The position numbers were made by a program, and so were the translations under genes. The notes beneath the pieces were generated by a model. That model was not told the DNA's origin. It did no database searches and saw only the letters and a program-made list of their open reading frames with translations. Below are positions 17,046 through 26,425 of a stretch of 64,000 nucleotides of DNA, one piece after another. The stretch's first letter is position 1; each line of letters begins with the position of its first letter. This DNA is from Lachnospiraceae bacterium (GTDB lineage Bacteria; Bacillota; Clostridia; Lachnospirales; Lachnospiraceae). Location: positions 22,716 to 86,715 of the forward strand of contig JAFRXH010000027.1 in the NCBI GenBank assembly GCA_017437785.1, read 5' to 3'.

Positions 17046-18407
17046 ATGAAAATTATCATCGTAGGCTGCGGACGTGTAGGCTATGCCCTGGCACAGCAGC
17101 TTTCAGAGGAAAAACATGATATAACCGTCATCGATACCAAGGCTGACAAACTTGAGCGTATGGTATCGGTACTGGACGTGCAGGCTGTAGAAGGCAATGC
17201 TACCTCCTTCAGGGTGCAGCAGGAAGCCGGAGTGCGCAGCTGCGATATGATGATCGCAGTAACGGGGCAGGATGAAGTAAACCTCTTATGCTGCCTGATA
17301 GCACGGCGAAGCGGTATCAGGCATGCCATAGCCCGTGTACAGAATCCCATATATAACGAGGAAGTGCAGTATCTGCAGGATGAGCTGGGACTGTCGATGA
17401 CCATAAACCCGCAGCTGGACTGCGCTAAGAGTATAGCCAAGCTGATAGAGGTGCCCGGAGCCCTTGATATCACGACTTTCGCGAGAGGGCGTATCGACCT
17501 TGTGCGTCTGCCTATCCCCAAGGATTCGCCGGTGGATGGCATGACCATCATAGATTTTGCAAATAAGATCAGTAAGGATACCCTGGTCACGACCATAGAG
17601 CGCGACGGTGCGGTGATCATACCTAACGGTCATACCAAGCTGCTGTCCGGGGATAATATGTATGTTATCCTCCAGCCCAAGCAGATAGTGGGACTGTGCC
17701 AGAAGCTGGGGATAAAGACCAAACCTATACATTCCGTGCTGATAGCAGGCGGCGGGACTACGGCGTATTATCTGGCAAAGCAGTTATCCAATCTGCCCAT
17801 AGACGTTAAGATAATAGAGCAGGATCATGTCAGATGCGAGCATTTGTCTGAGATGCTCCCGGGTGCGATGATAATCGAGGGCAATGCGGCTGACAGGCAG
17901 ATACTCATGGAAGAGGGAGTGACCGAGAAGGATGCCATGGTGGCCCTCACTAATATGGATGAGGAGAATCTGGTACTCTCCATGTTCTGCAACAAGGTGA
18001 GTAAAGGAAAGACAAAGACCATTACAAAACTCAACACCATCTCCTTTGATGAGGTATTAAAGGATCTGCCGATAGGAGTGGTGGTATCACCAAAGGCGAT
18101 CACTACCAAGACAATACTCCAGTACGTGAGGGCTTTGGAAAATACACACGGAAGTAATATAGAGACGCTGTACCGTATATTGGACGAGCGTGTGGAAGTG
18201 CTGGAGTTTAAGGTGCGTCCCGATTCCAAGATAACGGGCAAGCCGCTTATGGAACTTAAGCTTAAGAAGAATCTGCTGGTCTGCGCGATACTGCGTAAAG
18301 GCAGGGTGATCACCCCCGGTGGTAAGGATGAGATACTTCCTGGAGATAATGTGATAATCGTGACTACCGAGCTGGGGCTTAAGGATGTGGATGATATCCG
18401 CGCGTAA
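17046..18407 (+). CDS. trkA: Trk K+ uptake regulatory subunit
   Basis: Two RCK_N/RCK_C pairs; GCGRVG and GGGTT Rossmann motifs; 453 aa. Confidence 0.95.
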   Translation: MKIIIVGCGRVGYALAQQLSEEKHDITVIDTKADKLERMVSVLDVQAVEGNATSFRVQQEAGVRSCDMMIAVTGQDEVNLLCCLIARRSGIRHAIARVQNPIYNEEVQYLQDELGLSMTINPQLDCAKSIAKLIEVPGALDITTFARGRIDLVRLPIPKDSPVDGMTIIDFANKISKDTLVTTIERDGAVIIPNGHTKLLSGDNMYVILQPKQIVGLCQKLGIKTKPIHSVLIAGGGTTAYYLAKQLSNLPIDVKIIEQDHVRCEHLSEMLPGAMIIEGNAADRQILMEEGVTEKDAMVALTNMDEENLVLSMFCNKVSKGKTKTITKLNTISFDEVLKDLPIGVVVSPKAITTKTILQYVRALENTHGSNIETLYRILDERVEVLEFKVRPDSKITGKPLMELKLKKNLLVCAILRKGRVITPGGKDEILPGDNVIIVTTELGLKDVDDIRA

Positions 18408-18454
18408 ATCCCTGCCGGCTTTAGCTAAGGATCTTTGTAACGAAGGAATAAACC

Positions 18455-19900
18455 ATGAACTATGCAATGATAATATATCTTCTGGGTAAGATCATGGAGA
18501 TCATCGGTGCGATGATGATCTGCCCTTTTGTGGTATCCATGATCTATCACGAACGCAGCGGGATCTATTTTATCGCCTGCGGCGCGATAACACTTGCACT
18601 GGGGACACTGATATGCCGTTTCAGCCGTCCCGGGAACAAATCTTTTTACGCAAGGGAAGGCTTTGTCGTTACGGCACTCAGCTGGCTTTTATTATCGGTG
18701 GCCGGCTGCTTTCCCATGTATCTGAGCAGGGAGATACCTTCATTTACCGACGCACTTTTTGAGTGCATATCCGGTTTTACTACCACCGGAGCGTCCATAG
18801 TTCCCGAGGTTGAGCGCCTGAGCCACTGTATGAACTTCTGGCGCTGCTTTATACAGCTTATCGGGGGAATGGGGGTACTTGTTTTCATGCTGGCGCTGAT
18901 ACCGTCTACCGGCGGACAGGATCTGTATCTGATGAAAGCGGAGAGCCCCGGCCCCAGCGTATCCAAGCTGGTGCCAAAGGTCAAGCAGACCGCATATTAT
19001 CTGTATATCATATATTTTATCCTCACAGGTCTTGAGATAATCGCGCTGATCATTGCGGGCTGTCCCGTGTTTGACAGTATCTGTACGGCATTCACCACCA
19101 CCAGTACAGGAGGATTCGGTGTGCGCAATACTTCGCTTACGGAATATGGTCCTGCTGTCCAGTATGTTGTGGCGGTATTTTTGTTCTTTGCGGGTTTTAA
19201 CTATAACTTCTTCTTCAATCTGTGGAGCAGGCGTTTTAAGGATGCCTTCTGTTCGGAAGAGATCAGGCTGTATACTGCTATCTTCTGGATAGCTACGGCT
19301 CTTATCAGCCTTAATCTGATATTCGGTTTCGGGCAGGGGATCGAAGAGGGGTTCCGCCAGGCTTTCTTCCAGGTGGGATCGATCATGACAACTGCCGGTT
19401 TCTCGTCGGCGGATTTTGATCTGTGGCCTGCTCTGTGCAGGGAGATCATCATACTTCTTATGCTGATAGGCGGATGTGCGGGTTCGACCTGCGGTGGTAT
19501 CAAGGTATCCCGTATCTTGATCTATCTGAAGACTGTAGGAAAGGAGCTTTCACAGCTCTGCCATCCCAGAAGCGTAAAGGTGTTAAAAGTAGAGGGCAAA
19601 GCGCTGCCTCATGCGGTGTTGCGTTCGGCTAATATATTCCTGATCACCTACGCGCTTATATTCGTTATCTCTATGCTGCTCGTAGCGCTTGACGGTTACG
19701 ATCATACCACCAATTTTACTGCAGTGGCGTCGGCATTGGGAAATATAGGACCGGGTTTCTCGCTGGTCGGTCCTACAAAGAATTTTGCTCATTTTTCTGA
19801 TCTGGCAAAGTATGTCCTGATGTTTGATATGCTTGCAGGACGTCTCGAACTTTTCCCTCTGTTAGTGCTAATCAGTCCTGCGACCTGGCGCAGGCGTTAA
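18455..19900 (+). CDS. trkH: Trk K+ uptake membrane subunit
   Basis: SGFTTTG, GGF, TTAGFS, GSTCGGIK, GNIGPG pore-loop motifs. Confidence 0.95.
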   Translation: MNYAMIIYLLGKIMEIIGAMMICPFVVSMIYHERSGIYFIACGAITLALGTLICRFSRPGNKSFYAREGFVVTALSWLLLSVAGCFPMYLSREIPSFTDALFECISGFTTTGASIVPEVERLSHCMNFWRCFIQLIGGMGVLVFMLALIPSTGGQDLYLMKAESPGPSVSKLVPKVKQTAYYLYIIYFILTGLEIIALIIAGCPVFDSICTAFTTTSTGGFGVRNTSLTEYGPAVQYVVAVFLFFAGFNYNFFFNLWSRRFKDAFCSEEIRLYTAIFWIATALISLNLIFGFGQGIEEGFRQAFFQVGSIMTTAGFSSADFDLWPALCREIIILLMLIGGCAGSTCGGIKVSRILIYLKTVGKELSQLCHPRSVKVLKVEGKALPHAVLRSANIFLITYALIFVISMLLVALDGYDHTTNFTAVASALGNIGPGFSLVGPTKNFAHFSDLAKYVLMFDMLAGRLELFPLLVLISPATWRRR

Positions 19901-19915
19901 AAGATATGTTTTTGT

Positions 19916-19953
19916 TGCCTTCACTGTCTGCAGGGCGGTGAAGGTATATTTTT
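19916..19953 (+). terminator. intrinsic terminator after trkH
   Basis: TGCCTTCACTG / CGGTGAAGGTA stem followed by TATTTTT. Confidence 0.7.
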
Positions 19954-19984
19954 CCTCCGGGATAAAAAAATATCAAAATACTAC

Positions 19985-20060
19985 TTGACACGATATATCG
20001 GGAGGTGATATATTATAGCTACGATATAACGACGGCCGATATATCAGCTGACGATAAACA
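19985..20060 (+). promoter_or_regulatory. promoter with five-box operator array (candidate PadR sites)
   Basis: TTGACA 19985-19990; extended -10 TGaTATATT 20006-20014; boxes CGATATATCG (19991), TGATATATTA (20006), CGATATAACG (20022), CGATATATCA (20037), CGATAAAC (20052). Confidence 0.7.
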
Positions 20061-20121
20061 GGGCAAAGCCCGTGTCATCCCGGGCATAAACAGCCGGGGA
20101 TCAACAAAGGAGGAAATCAAA

Positions 20122-20349
20122 ATGACAAAGGATATCAACAGATCACTCAGGGTACTTGGAAGTGTAAGACTTGCCAGCGCGTTGGTTCTGGCAGCAGCAT
20201 ATCTGCTCATGCTTTTCAGTTCTACCGGAATGGTCGAACTTTCTGATACGGTGGTCCGTATCATGGGAGCACTGACACTTGTAGCGGCGCCGGTTCTGAT
20301 CTTTGCCTCTGTAAGAATGTTAGTATTAAAAGGACGTAACAGAAATTGA
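20122..20349 (+). CDS. small two-TM membrane protein
   Basis: ATG 20122 after AAGGAGG; two hydrophobic helices; overlaps the padR start. Confidence 0.7.
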   Translation: MTKDINRSLRVLGSVRLASALVLAAAYLLMLFSSTGMVELSDTVVRIMGALTLVAAPVLIFASVRMLVLKGRNRN

Positions 20350-20705
20350 TCGATCCGGCTGTAGAAAAAGATCTGCCTTTAACAGAGGCTGTATTCTATA
20401 TCCTGCTGGCAGTGAGGCAGCCCAATCACGGATATGGCATCATAGGCGAGGTGGAGGAGCTTACGGCGCACCGGGTGGTACTGGGCGCGGGAACACTCTA
20501 CGGAGCGCTGCAGACTTTGGAAAAAAAAGGGTGGATCACTGTGGTGAGTGCGGATTCCGGCTCACGAAAGAAGAAGGAATACGTGATCACCGATATCGGA
20601 CGTGAAGTATTTATCGCAGAATGTGAAAGGCTGGCGGAACTGCTTAAGAACTCACAACTGTTTACAGCTGCTGCGATCACCGACAAAACGGAGGGGACAG
20701 AATGA
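20346..20705 (+). CDS. PadR family transcriptional regulator
   Basis: LTEAVFYILL...HGYGII...LGAGTLYGALQTLEKKGWI...RKKKEYVITDIG. Confidence 0.92.
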   Translation: MIDPAVEKDLPLTEAVFYILLAVRQPNHGYGIIGEVEELTAHRVVLGAGTLYGALQTLEKKGWITVVSADSGSRKKKEYVITDIGREVFIAECERLAELLKNSQLFTAAAITDKTEGTE

Positions 20706-21391
20706 TACGCTTTCGTTTGATGCTTGATAAGGATAAAGAGACACAGTGGCTGGATCAGATGGCGGATGAGGGCTTTGCACTTAAGAACTTCTTCGCAGGT
20801 CTATACATATTTGAAACTTGCGAAAAGGGTGAGTGGCAGTACCAGATCGATATAGGCAAGGGCTTCTTCTCGGTGAACCGCGAATATGCGCAGTTTATGG
20901 AGGAGATGGGCGTGGAGATAGTCCAGGCCTGGGGGCCCTGGGTGATACTGCGAAGACACCGCGCGGAAGGTGAGTTTCAGCTTTATTCGGATGTTGACAG
21001 CCGCATAGAACATTACAAAAAGATACTTCTGATGTTTAAGCTGGTCACTGTTATAGAGTTCTTATGTCTGCTTTTGGAAGTATACGGCGCGACGCGGGAT
21101 GCATCGATCTGGACGCTGGTATTTATTATCGCTGCCGTATTATGCTGCTTCATGAATATGACGGTGAGAACAAAGAGAGTGCTTAATAAGCTGTATGAAC
21201 AGAAAGGCGAGAAGCCGTCCGGCAGTATGGGACGCAGGGTATCGCCCCTTATCCCGGCAGGATTTCTGATAAATGCGGTAAATCTGCTGCTGCAGGAGAG
21301 GATACCGATAGTTTTAAGATGGGTGATGCTGATCGCAGCACTACTACTTATAGGAGGCGGCGTGATCAATACAGCAGCAAACAAAGAGTGA
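20702..21391 (+). CDS. DUF2812 domain membrane protein
   Basis: KETQWLDQMADEGF...YQID...ELYSD-like motifs; typical PadR-DUF2812 pairing. Confidence 0.85.
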   Translation: MIRFRLMLDKDKETQWLDQMADEGFALKNFFAGLYIFETCEKGEWQYQIDIGKGFFSVNREYAQFMEEMGVEIVQAWGPWVILRRHRAEGEFQLYSDVDSRIEHYKKILLMFKLVTVIEFLCLLLEVYGATRDASIWTLVFIIAAVLCCFMNMTVRTKRVLNKLYEQKGEKPSGSMGRRVSPLIPAGFLINAVNLLLQERIPIVLRWVMLIAALLLIGGGVINTAANKE

Positions 21392-21400
21392 CTCTGCGGT

Positions 21401-21590
21401 GTCATCCAGAGCGTGGGTGAAGTACTTAATGAGTGCAAGCGTAGCGCAGCACGAATTTAGTACGCACCTACCTGCGGAGCTTAGCGAAAGCAAGGCGGAG
21501 CCGCAGCTTGAGCTTAGCGACCTCAGGAAGCGAAAAAGTGAAGCAGGAAATCTGTGATTTCCGAAGCTGAACTTTCCTGCTTGGGGATCT
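21401..21590. repeat. composite REP-like / structured intergenic element
   Basis: Begins GTCATCCAGAGCG and ends GGGGATCT; GAGCTTAGCGA twice (21477, 21510); stem AAGCAGGAAA(21541-21550)/TTTCCTGCTT(21573-21582). Confidence 0.65.
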
Positions 21591-21644
21591 TTTCGGACAG
21601 AAAATACAAGCATAAACATAAATAAGAGGGAGGAATAAAAAAAG

Positions 21645-22601
21645 ATGGGTTTGGAAGTAAAGGATCTGTCAAAGAAGTACGGTGAAAAAACGGTAGTGGA
21701 TCACATCAGCTTTTCCATGGAGAAGCCCGGTGTGTATGCGCTTCTTGGAACCAACGGCGCCGGCAAGACCACCAGTATACGAATGATACTGGATATGCTG
21801 GATAAGGATACGGGCGAAGTGCTCTGGAACGGCAAGCCCTTAAGCTTTGATACCTGCAATATAGGTTATCTGGCAGAGGAAAGGGGGCTTTATCAGAAGT
21901 ATTCGTTAATGGATCAGATAATGTATTTCGGGCGTCTGCGCGGTGTTAAGGGAGATGAGCTCAAAACAAAGATAAAATACTGGTCCGGACGTCTTAAGCT
22001 GGATGAGTATTTGTATCCTGCAGAGACAAAGGATGCAAGAGGACGAGTAAAGAAAGTAAAGCCCAAGAGCCCCGACCAGCTTTCAAAAGGTAACCAGCAG
22101 AAGATACAGTTCCTTATAGCGATGCTCTCCGATCCGGAGCTTTTGGTCCTTGATGAGCCTTTTTCAGGCCTGGATCCGGTTAATACGGATATACTCAAGG
22201 ATGTGGTTCGCGAGCAGATATCGGCAGGCAAGTATATCATCATGAGCAGCCACCAGATGGCGGCTGTGGAGGAGTTCTGTACCGATATAACCATCATGTG
22301 CCGTTCGAAGGCTCTGGTACAGGGTAATCTTAACGAGATCAAGAAAGGCTACGGTCGTGTTAACCTGTCTCTTAAATGCGAGCAGGATGTCAGCAGCTAC
22401 ATAAATGAGCTGGGCATACAGATACTGTCGGAGAAGGAAAACGAATACGAGCTGCGGGTTACGGGAGACCAGCAGGCAAATGCCCTGTTGTGGAACCTTG
22501 TAAATGCAACGATACCGATCATCAAGTTTGATCTTTCGGAACTTTCCCTTCATGAGATATTCGTAAAAGAGGTGGGTGCAAATGAAGAAGAGCAGCAATA
22601 A
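21645..22601 (+). CDS. ABC-2 type transporter ATP-binding protein (YhaQ/NatA-like)
   Basis: GTNGAGKTT, LSKGNQQK, LVLDEPFSGLDPVN, SSH. Confidence 0.92.
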   Translation: MGLEVKDLSKKYGEKTVVDHISFSMEKPGVYALLGTNGAGKTTSIRMILDMLDKDTGEVLWNGKPLSFDTCNIGYLAEERGLYQKYSLMDQIMYFGRLRGVKGDELKTKIKYWSGRLKLDEYLYPAETKDARGRVKKVKPKSPDQLSKGNQQKIQFLIAMLSDPELLVLDEPFSGLDPVNTDILKDVVREQISAGKYIIMSSHQMAAVEEFCTDITIMCRSKALVQGNLNEIKKGYGRVNLSLKCEQDVSSYINELGIQILSEKENEYELRVTGDQQANALLWNLVNATIPIIKFDLSELSLHEIFVKEVGANEEEQQ

Positions 22602-23928
22602 TATATACAGCTGCACGGGACTTTTAAAGGTCTTTTCATTTACCTTATCCCAGACCTTTAAGAACCGTGCGTACAGGGTCAGCTATATCATGTTCATCGT
22701 CCTGATGATGGTCATGGGCCCCATAAACCAGCTGGGCATGAACGCCGGCATGGGCGCGGCGCAGAGTACCGATGCCATCAATGACGAGATGGATCTTAAG
22801 CAGATATACTTTGTGAATGATACATATCTTGATTTTTCGGCTGAAAAAGCAGAGCTTGACGGTACGGGCTTTGCAGTGGCTAAGCTTACGGATGCGGATG
22901 CCGTACCGGATAAGCTTGCAGCGGATGAGATAGCGGTACTGCTTGACCGCCAGGTGATAGATGAGGTTGATACGTATGTACTGAATATAATAGCAGCCGA
23001 TGAGTCCGATATCACTCCTATAGAGCTGGATGCGCTGGGCGGCCATCTTATGGGGCGCCTTGAGCAGGCCAGACGTGACGCGGCCGATCTGGGTGAAGAG
23101 CAGATGAAGGTTCTTCAGATGGCTGTGGAGAGCGGAAGCACATTGACTTATGAGGATTATGAGGCGGAGATAAATTCGGCTTATACTTCAAGGCAGCTTT
23201 CATCCTACAATTCTCTGTATTCGATAGTGCTGATGATACTGGTAGCCCTGACAGGATCTTATGTAGTATCTTCCGTAATGGAGGAGAAGATGTCAAAGCT
23301 GGTGGAGAACCTGCTGGTAAGCGTAAGACCCCTGGCGCTCATCCTGGGTAAGATCCTGGCAATGATGTTCTATGTATTTTCAATGATAGTCCTGGGTATG
23401 GGCGGGTCCTTTATAACAAATAAGATCGCGGAATCAATATTTGGGACCCCCGCAGTACAGAATGTGGCTGATATGATGAACTTCTCAAGGCTCTTTACAT
23501 TTGCGGGATTTAAGGGACTGCTGCTTCTGCCCTGTATGCTTCTGACATATTTTATGTATTCGATGCTGGCAGGCCTTATGGGAAGCGCCTGCACCAGGAT
23601 GGAAGACGCACAGTCGGCAATAGGTACGGTCACTATGGTCAATATGGTCGGATACATGATAGGTATGATACTGCCGAATATTGAGAATTCAACAGCACTT
23701 CTGGTTGCTTCGATAATACCTTTTGTATCTTCCTACATTGCGCCGGTATCGTTAATATGCGGACGAATACCTCTGTGGGCGTTCCTTCTGGGAATACTTT
23801 TGCAGATAGTGATATGCATTATCCTCTTCAGGATATGCGCGAAGACATACAGGAAGCTTATAGTAAATGACAGTAAGCGGCTTAAGCTTTTTGACATAAT
23901 AAAGCTTTCGCTGGCAAAGGAGGCGTAA
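22582..23928 (+). CDS. ABC-2 type permease (YhaP/NatB-like)
   Basis: 1+5 TM layout, VMEEKMSKLVENLLVSVRP...ILGKIL motif. Confidence 0.88.
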   Translation: MKKSSNNIYSCTGLLKVFSFTLSQTFKNRAYRVSYIMFIVLMMVMGPINQLGMNAGMGAAQSTDAINDEMDLKQIYFVNDTYLDFSAEKAELDGTGFAVAKLTDADAVPDKLAADEIAVLLDRQVIDEVDTYVLNIIAADESDITPIELDALGGHLMGRLEQARRDAADLGEEQMKVLQMAVESGSTLTYEDYEAEINSAYTSRQLSSYNSLYSIVLMILVALTGSYVVSSVMEEKMSKLVENLLVSVRPLALILGKILAMMFYVFSMIVLGMGGSFITNKIAESIFGTPAVQNVADMMNFSRLFTFAGFKGLLLLPCMLLTYFMYSMLAGLMGSACTRMEDAQSAIGTVTMVNMVGYMIGMILPNIENSTALLVASIIPFVSSYIAPVSLICGRIPLWAFLLGILLQIVICIILFRICAKTYRKLIVNDSKRLKLFDIIKLSLAKEA

Positions 23929-25320
23929 ATGTTTCGGAATTTCGGAAAAGTATTTTCATTCTCCCTTCATAACCAGACAGGGACCAAGTCATATAAGGTA
24001 TTTACTATAGTAATGGGGCTTATCCTTCTTATAGCGCCCATAGCCATAATGCTGATAGTGGCAGGGATAAAGGACAGCAAGGAAGAAGAGGATGAACCAA
24101 TACCCGATTGCGGTGCGGAAGAGATATATGTGGTGAGCGATTTTGAGGCAAAGCCTGATTTCATGCTCTTAAGCGGCGTTACGGACGAGAATTACAAAAA
24201 GATCCGTTATAAGCTTTACGACAGTGTGGATGAAGCTCTTGACGCGGCCGGATCGTCAAAAAAGAGTGTATTCGTACTGCATTTCTTTCAGGAGGATGAT
24301 TATATAAGAGCCGACATAATACTGCCGGACAAGGAAGATGAAGGCGAAGCGGTGCTCGGCACATCCATGGCGGAACATTACTTTGAGTTTATGAATGCCA
24401 ATTCCCAGTACTTTAACATGCTCTTAACCGGATTAAACCAGTCAAAACTTGCAGGCCTTATGCCGCAGAATTCATACAGAACGTATACGCAAAGCGGCTA
24501 TGCAAACGGTGTCACCATGGAAGAGGATGGGATGAGCGCTGATGAGCTGGTAAGAGATCAGATCCTTGAAGTATTCCAGATCCTCATGCCTTATCTTACC
24601 ATAATGCTCATGTATTTCCTTATACTCACATACGGAAATGCAACAGCGCAGGCTATGGTCATGGAGAAGGAATCAAAGCTCATGGATACCATGCTGATCA
24701 GCGTGCATCCGGAGGCGCTGGTATTCGGAAAGCTGCTGGCTATAATATGTTCGGGACTCATTCAGCTGTTTGGCTGGTTAGCGTGTCTGGTCGTGGGCCT
24801 GTTTGCAGGAACAAAGCTTAGTGAAATGTTTTACCCGGATTATTCGTCACCGATCAGTACCTTCTTTGAATTTATTGAAGAACTGGGATTGTTTAAGCCG
24901 GTGAACGTGGTGCTGGCAGTATGCTTCCTGATCGTAGGATTTATAATGTATCTGAGTTTAGCTACCATAGCCGGAGCTATATCGAGCAACAGGGAGGAAG
25001 TGGCAAGCCAGAGTACGATTTTTATAATGCCCCTGCTGGCAGCCTTCATGCTGGTAATGATGGGCGGAGGTCTTGCCGGAAGTTCCGCTCCCGCATGGAT
25101 GAATTATGTGCCTTTTACTGCAGCACTGCTCATGCCTTCCCAGCTGGCTCTGGGCGTGGCGGATGCATTGACGGGCGCGATATCTCTTGCGATCTCACTT
25201 GCGCTTACCATAGCAGTGGTTATAGTAGCCGGTAAGCTTTACAAGGCAATGTCGCTCTACAAAGGAAACAAGATAAAGCTGGGAGATGCGATCAAGCTTC
25301 TCACGACAAAGGAGGCATAA
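23929..25320 (+). CDS. ABC-2 type permease (YhaP/NatB-like), second subunit
   Basis: VMEKESKLMDTMLISVHP...VFGKLL motif; paralog of the previous gene. Confidence 0.88.
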   Translation: MFRNFGKVFSFSLHNQTGTKSYKVFTIVMGLILLIAPIAIMLIVAGIKDSKEEEDEPIPDCGAEEIYVVSDFEAKPDFMLLSGVTDENYKKIRYKLYDSVDEALDAAGSSKKSVFVLHFFQEDDYIRADIILPDKEDEGEAVLGTSMAEHYFEFMNANSQYFNMLLTGLNQSKLAGLMPQNSYRTYTQSGYANGVTMEEDGMSADELVRDQILEVFQILMPYLTIMLMYFLILTYGNATAQAMVMEKESKLMDTMLISVHPEALVFGKLLAIICSGLIQLFGWLACLVVGLFAGTKLSEMFYPDYSSPISTFFEFIEELGLFKPVNVVLAVCFLIVGFIMYLSLATIAGAISSNREEVASQSTIFIMPLLAAFMLVMMGGGLAGSSAPAWMNYVPFTAALLMPSQLALGVADALTGAISLAISLALTIAVVIVAGKLYKAMSLYKGNKIKLGDAIKLLTTKEA

Positions 25321-25321
25321 G

Positions 25322-25768
25322 ATGACGGTACGCGCAATGTTAAAAGAAGACTATGACGGGGTACGCGCGCTGTGGATGACGATACACGGTTTCGGAATAC
25401 GGAGCGTGGATGATTCGCGGGAAGGCGTTGAGCGTTTTCTGGACCGCAATCCCGGATGCAGCGTGGTGGCAGAGGAGGACGGAAAGATAGTGGGAGCCAT
25501 ACTCTGCGGCCATGACGGAAGGCGCGGCTGTCTGTATCATGTGTGTGTGGCAGAAGATCACCGTCTGCGCGGCATAGGAAAGGAAATGGTTGTTCATTGC
25601 ATGAACGCCTTAAAAGCCGAGAAGATCAACAAGGTCTCGCTTATAGCCTTTACTAAAAACGATGTGGGAAATGCCTTCTGGAAATGCATAGGCTGGACGA
25701 AGCGTGAGGACTTAAACTACTACGACTTTACGCTGAATGAAGCTAATATAACGGCATTCAACAGCTGA
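25322..25768 (+). CDS. GNAT N-acetyltransferase (YpeA-like)
   Basis: GHDGRRGCLYHVCV...RLRGIGK...NAFWKCIGW. Confidence 0.9.
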   Translation: MTVRAMLKEDYDGVRALWMTIHGFGIRSVDDSREGVERFLDRNPGCSVVAEEDGKIVGAILCGHDGRRGCLYHVCVAEDHRLRGIGKEMVVHCMNALKAEKINKVSLIAFTKNDVGNAFWKCIGWTKREDLNYYDFTLNEANITAFNS

Positions 25769-25795
25769 CAGAAGCTTTTTTGCACTACTGTGTAT

Positions 25796-25836
25796 AAAAG
25801 GTACCGGATATCGTTACAGTATCCGGTACCTTTTTT
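25796..25836. terminator. intrinsic (possibly bidirectional) terminator
   Basis: AAAAGGTACCGGATA / TATCCGGTACCTTTT perfect 15-bp inverted repeat plus T tract. Confidence 0.85.
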
Positions 25837-25865
25837 ATCCTGTTTCTTCATATGGATTATCCGGT

Positions 25866-25894
25866 TTGAAAGATAGCTTATATTGTAGTATAGT
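25866..25894 (+). promoter_or_regulatory. sigma-A promoter of the hydrogenase operon
   Basis: TTGAAA 25866-25871, 17-bp spacer, TATAGT 25889-25894. Confidence 0.6.
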
Positions 25895-25939
25895 ATACAG
25901 CAGAGGTTAAAAACAAGATTCTATCCGGGAGGTATGTCA

Positions 25940-26425
25940 ATGGGGAAACTAAATGCCGCTGCGGCGGCACAGATCAGGGAGATCTGCGACAGGTACAAAG
26001 GTGAAAAAACACCGCTTATGATGATACTCAGTGATATCCAGAATGAGTATGGTTATATCCCGCTGGAGGTGCAGGAGGTCGTGTCGGAAAAGACAGGGAT
26101 CTCGGTTGCGGAGATATATGGCGTTGTTACATTTTATTCGTTCTTTTCGCTGACTCCCAAGGGAAAGTATGTCATAGGCTGCTGTCTGGGCACAGCCTGT
26201 TATGTAAAAGGAGCCCAGATAGTTATCGACCGTTTTTCCGAATTGCTGGGGATAAAACCCGGGCAGACTACGGAGGACGGTCTTTTTACGCTTGATGCCT
26301 TAAGATGCATAGGGGCATGCGGTATCGCACCCGCTGTAAGCATCAACGGTAAGGTATACCCGAAGGTTGATGTTGAAGAAGTTGAGGATATCATCGCATC
26401 TTATAAAAAGGAGGCATCGGCATGA
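25940..26425 (+). CDS. hydC: [FeFe]-hydrogenase gamma subunit (NuoE-like, 2Fe-2S)
   Basis: CCLGTACYVKG and CIGACGIAP; ATG 25940 fits SD GGAGG spacing. Confidence 0.9.
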   Translation: MGKLNAAAAAQIREICDRYKGEKTPLMMILSDIQNEYGYIPLEVQEVVSEKTGISVAEIYGVVTFYSFFSLTPKGKYVIGCCLGTACYVKGAQIVIDRFSELLGIKPGQTTEDGLFTLDALRCIGACGIAPAVSINGKVYPKVDVEEVEDIIASYKKEASA

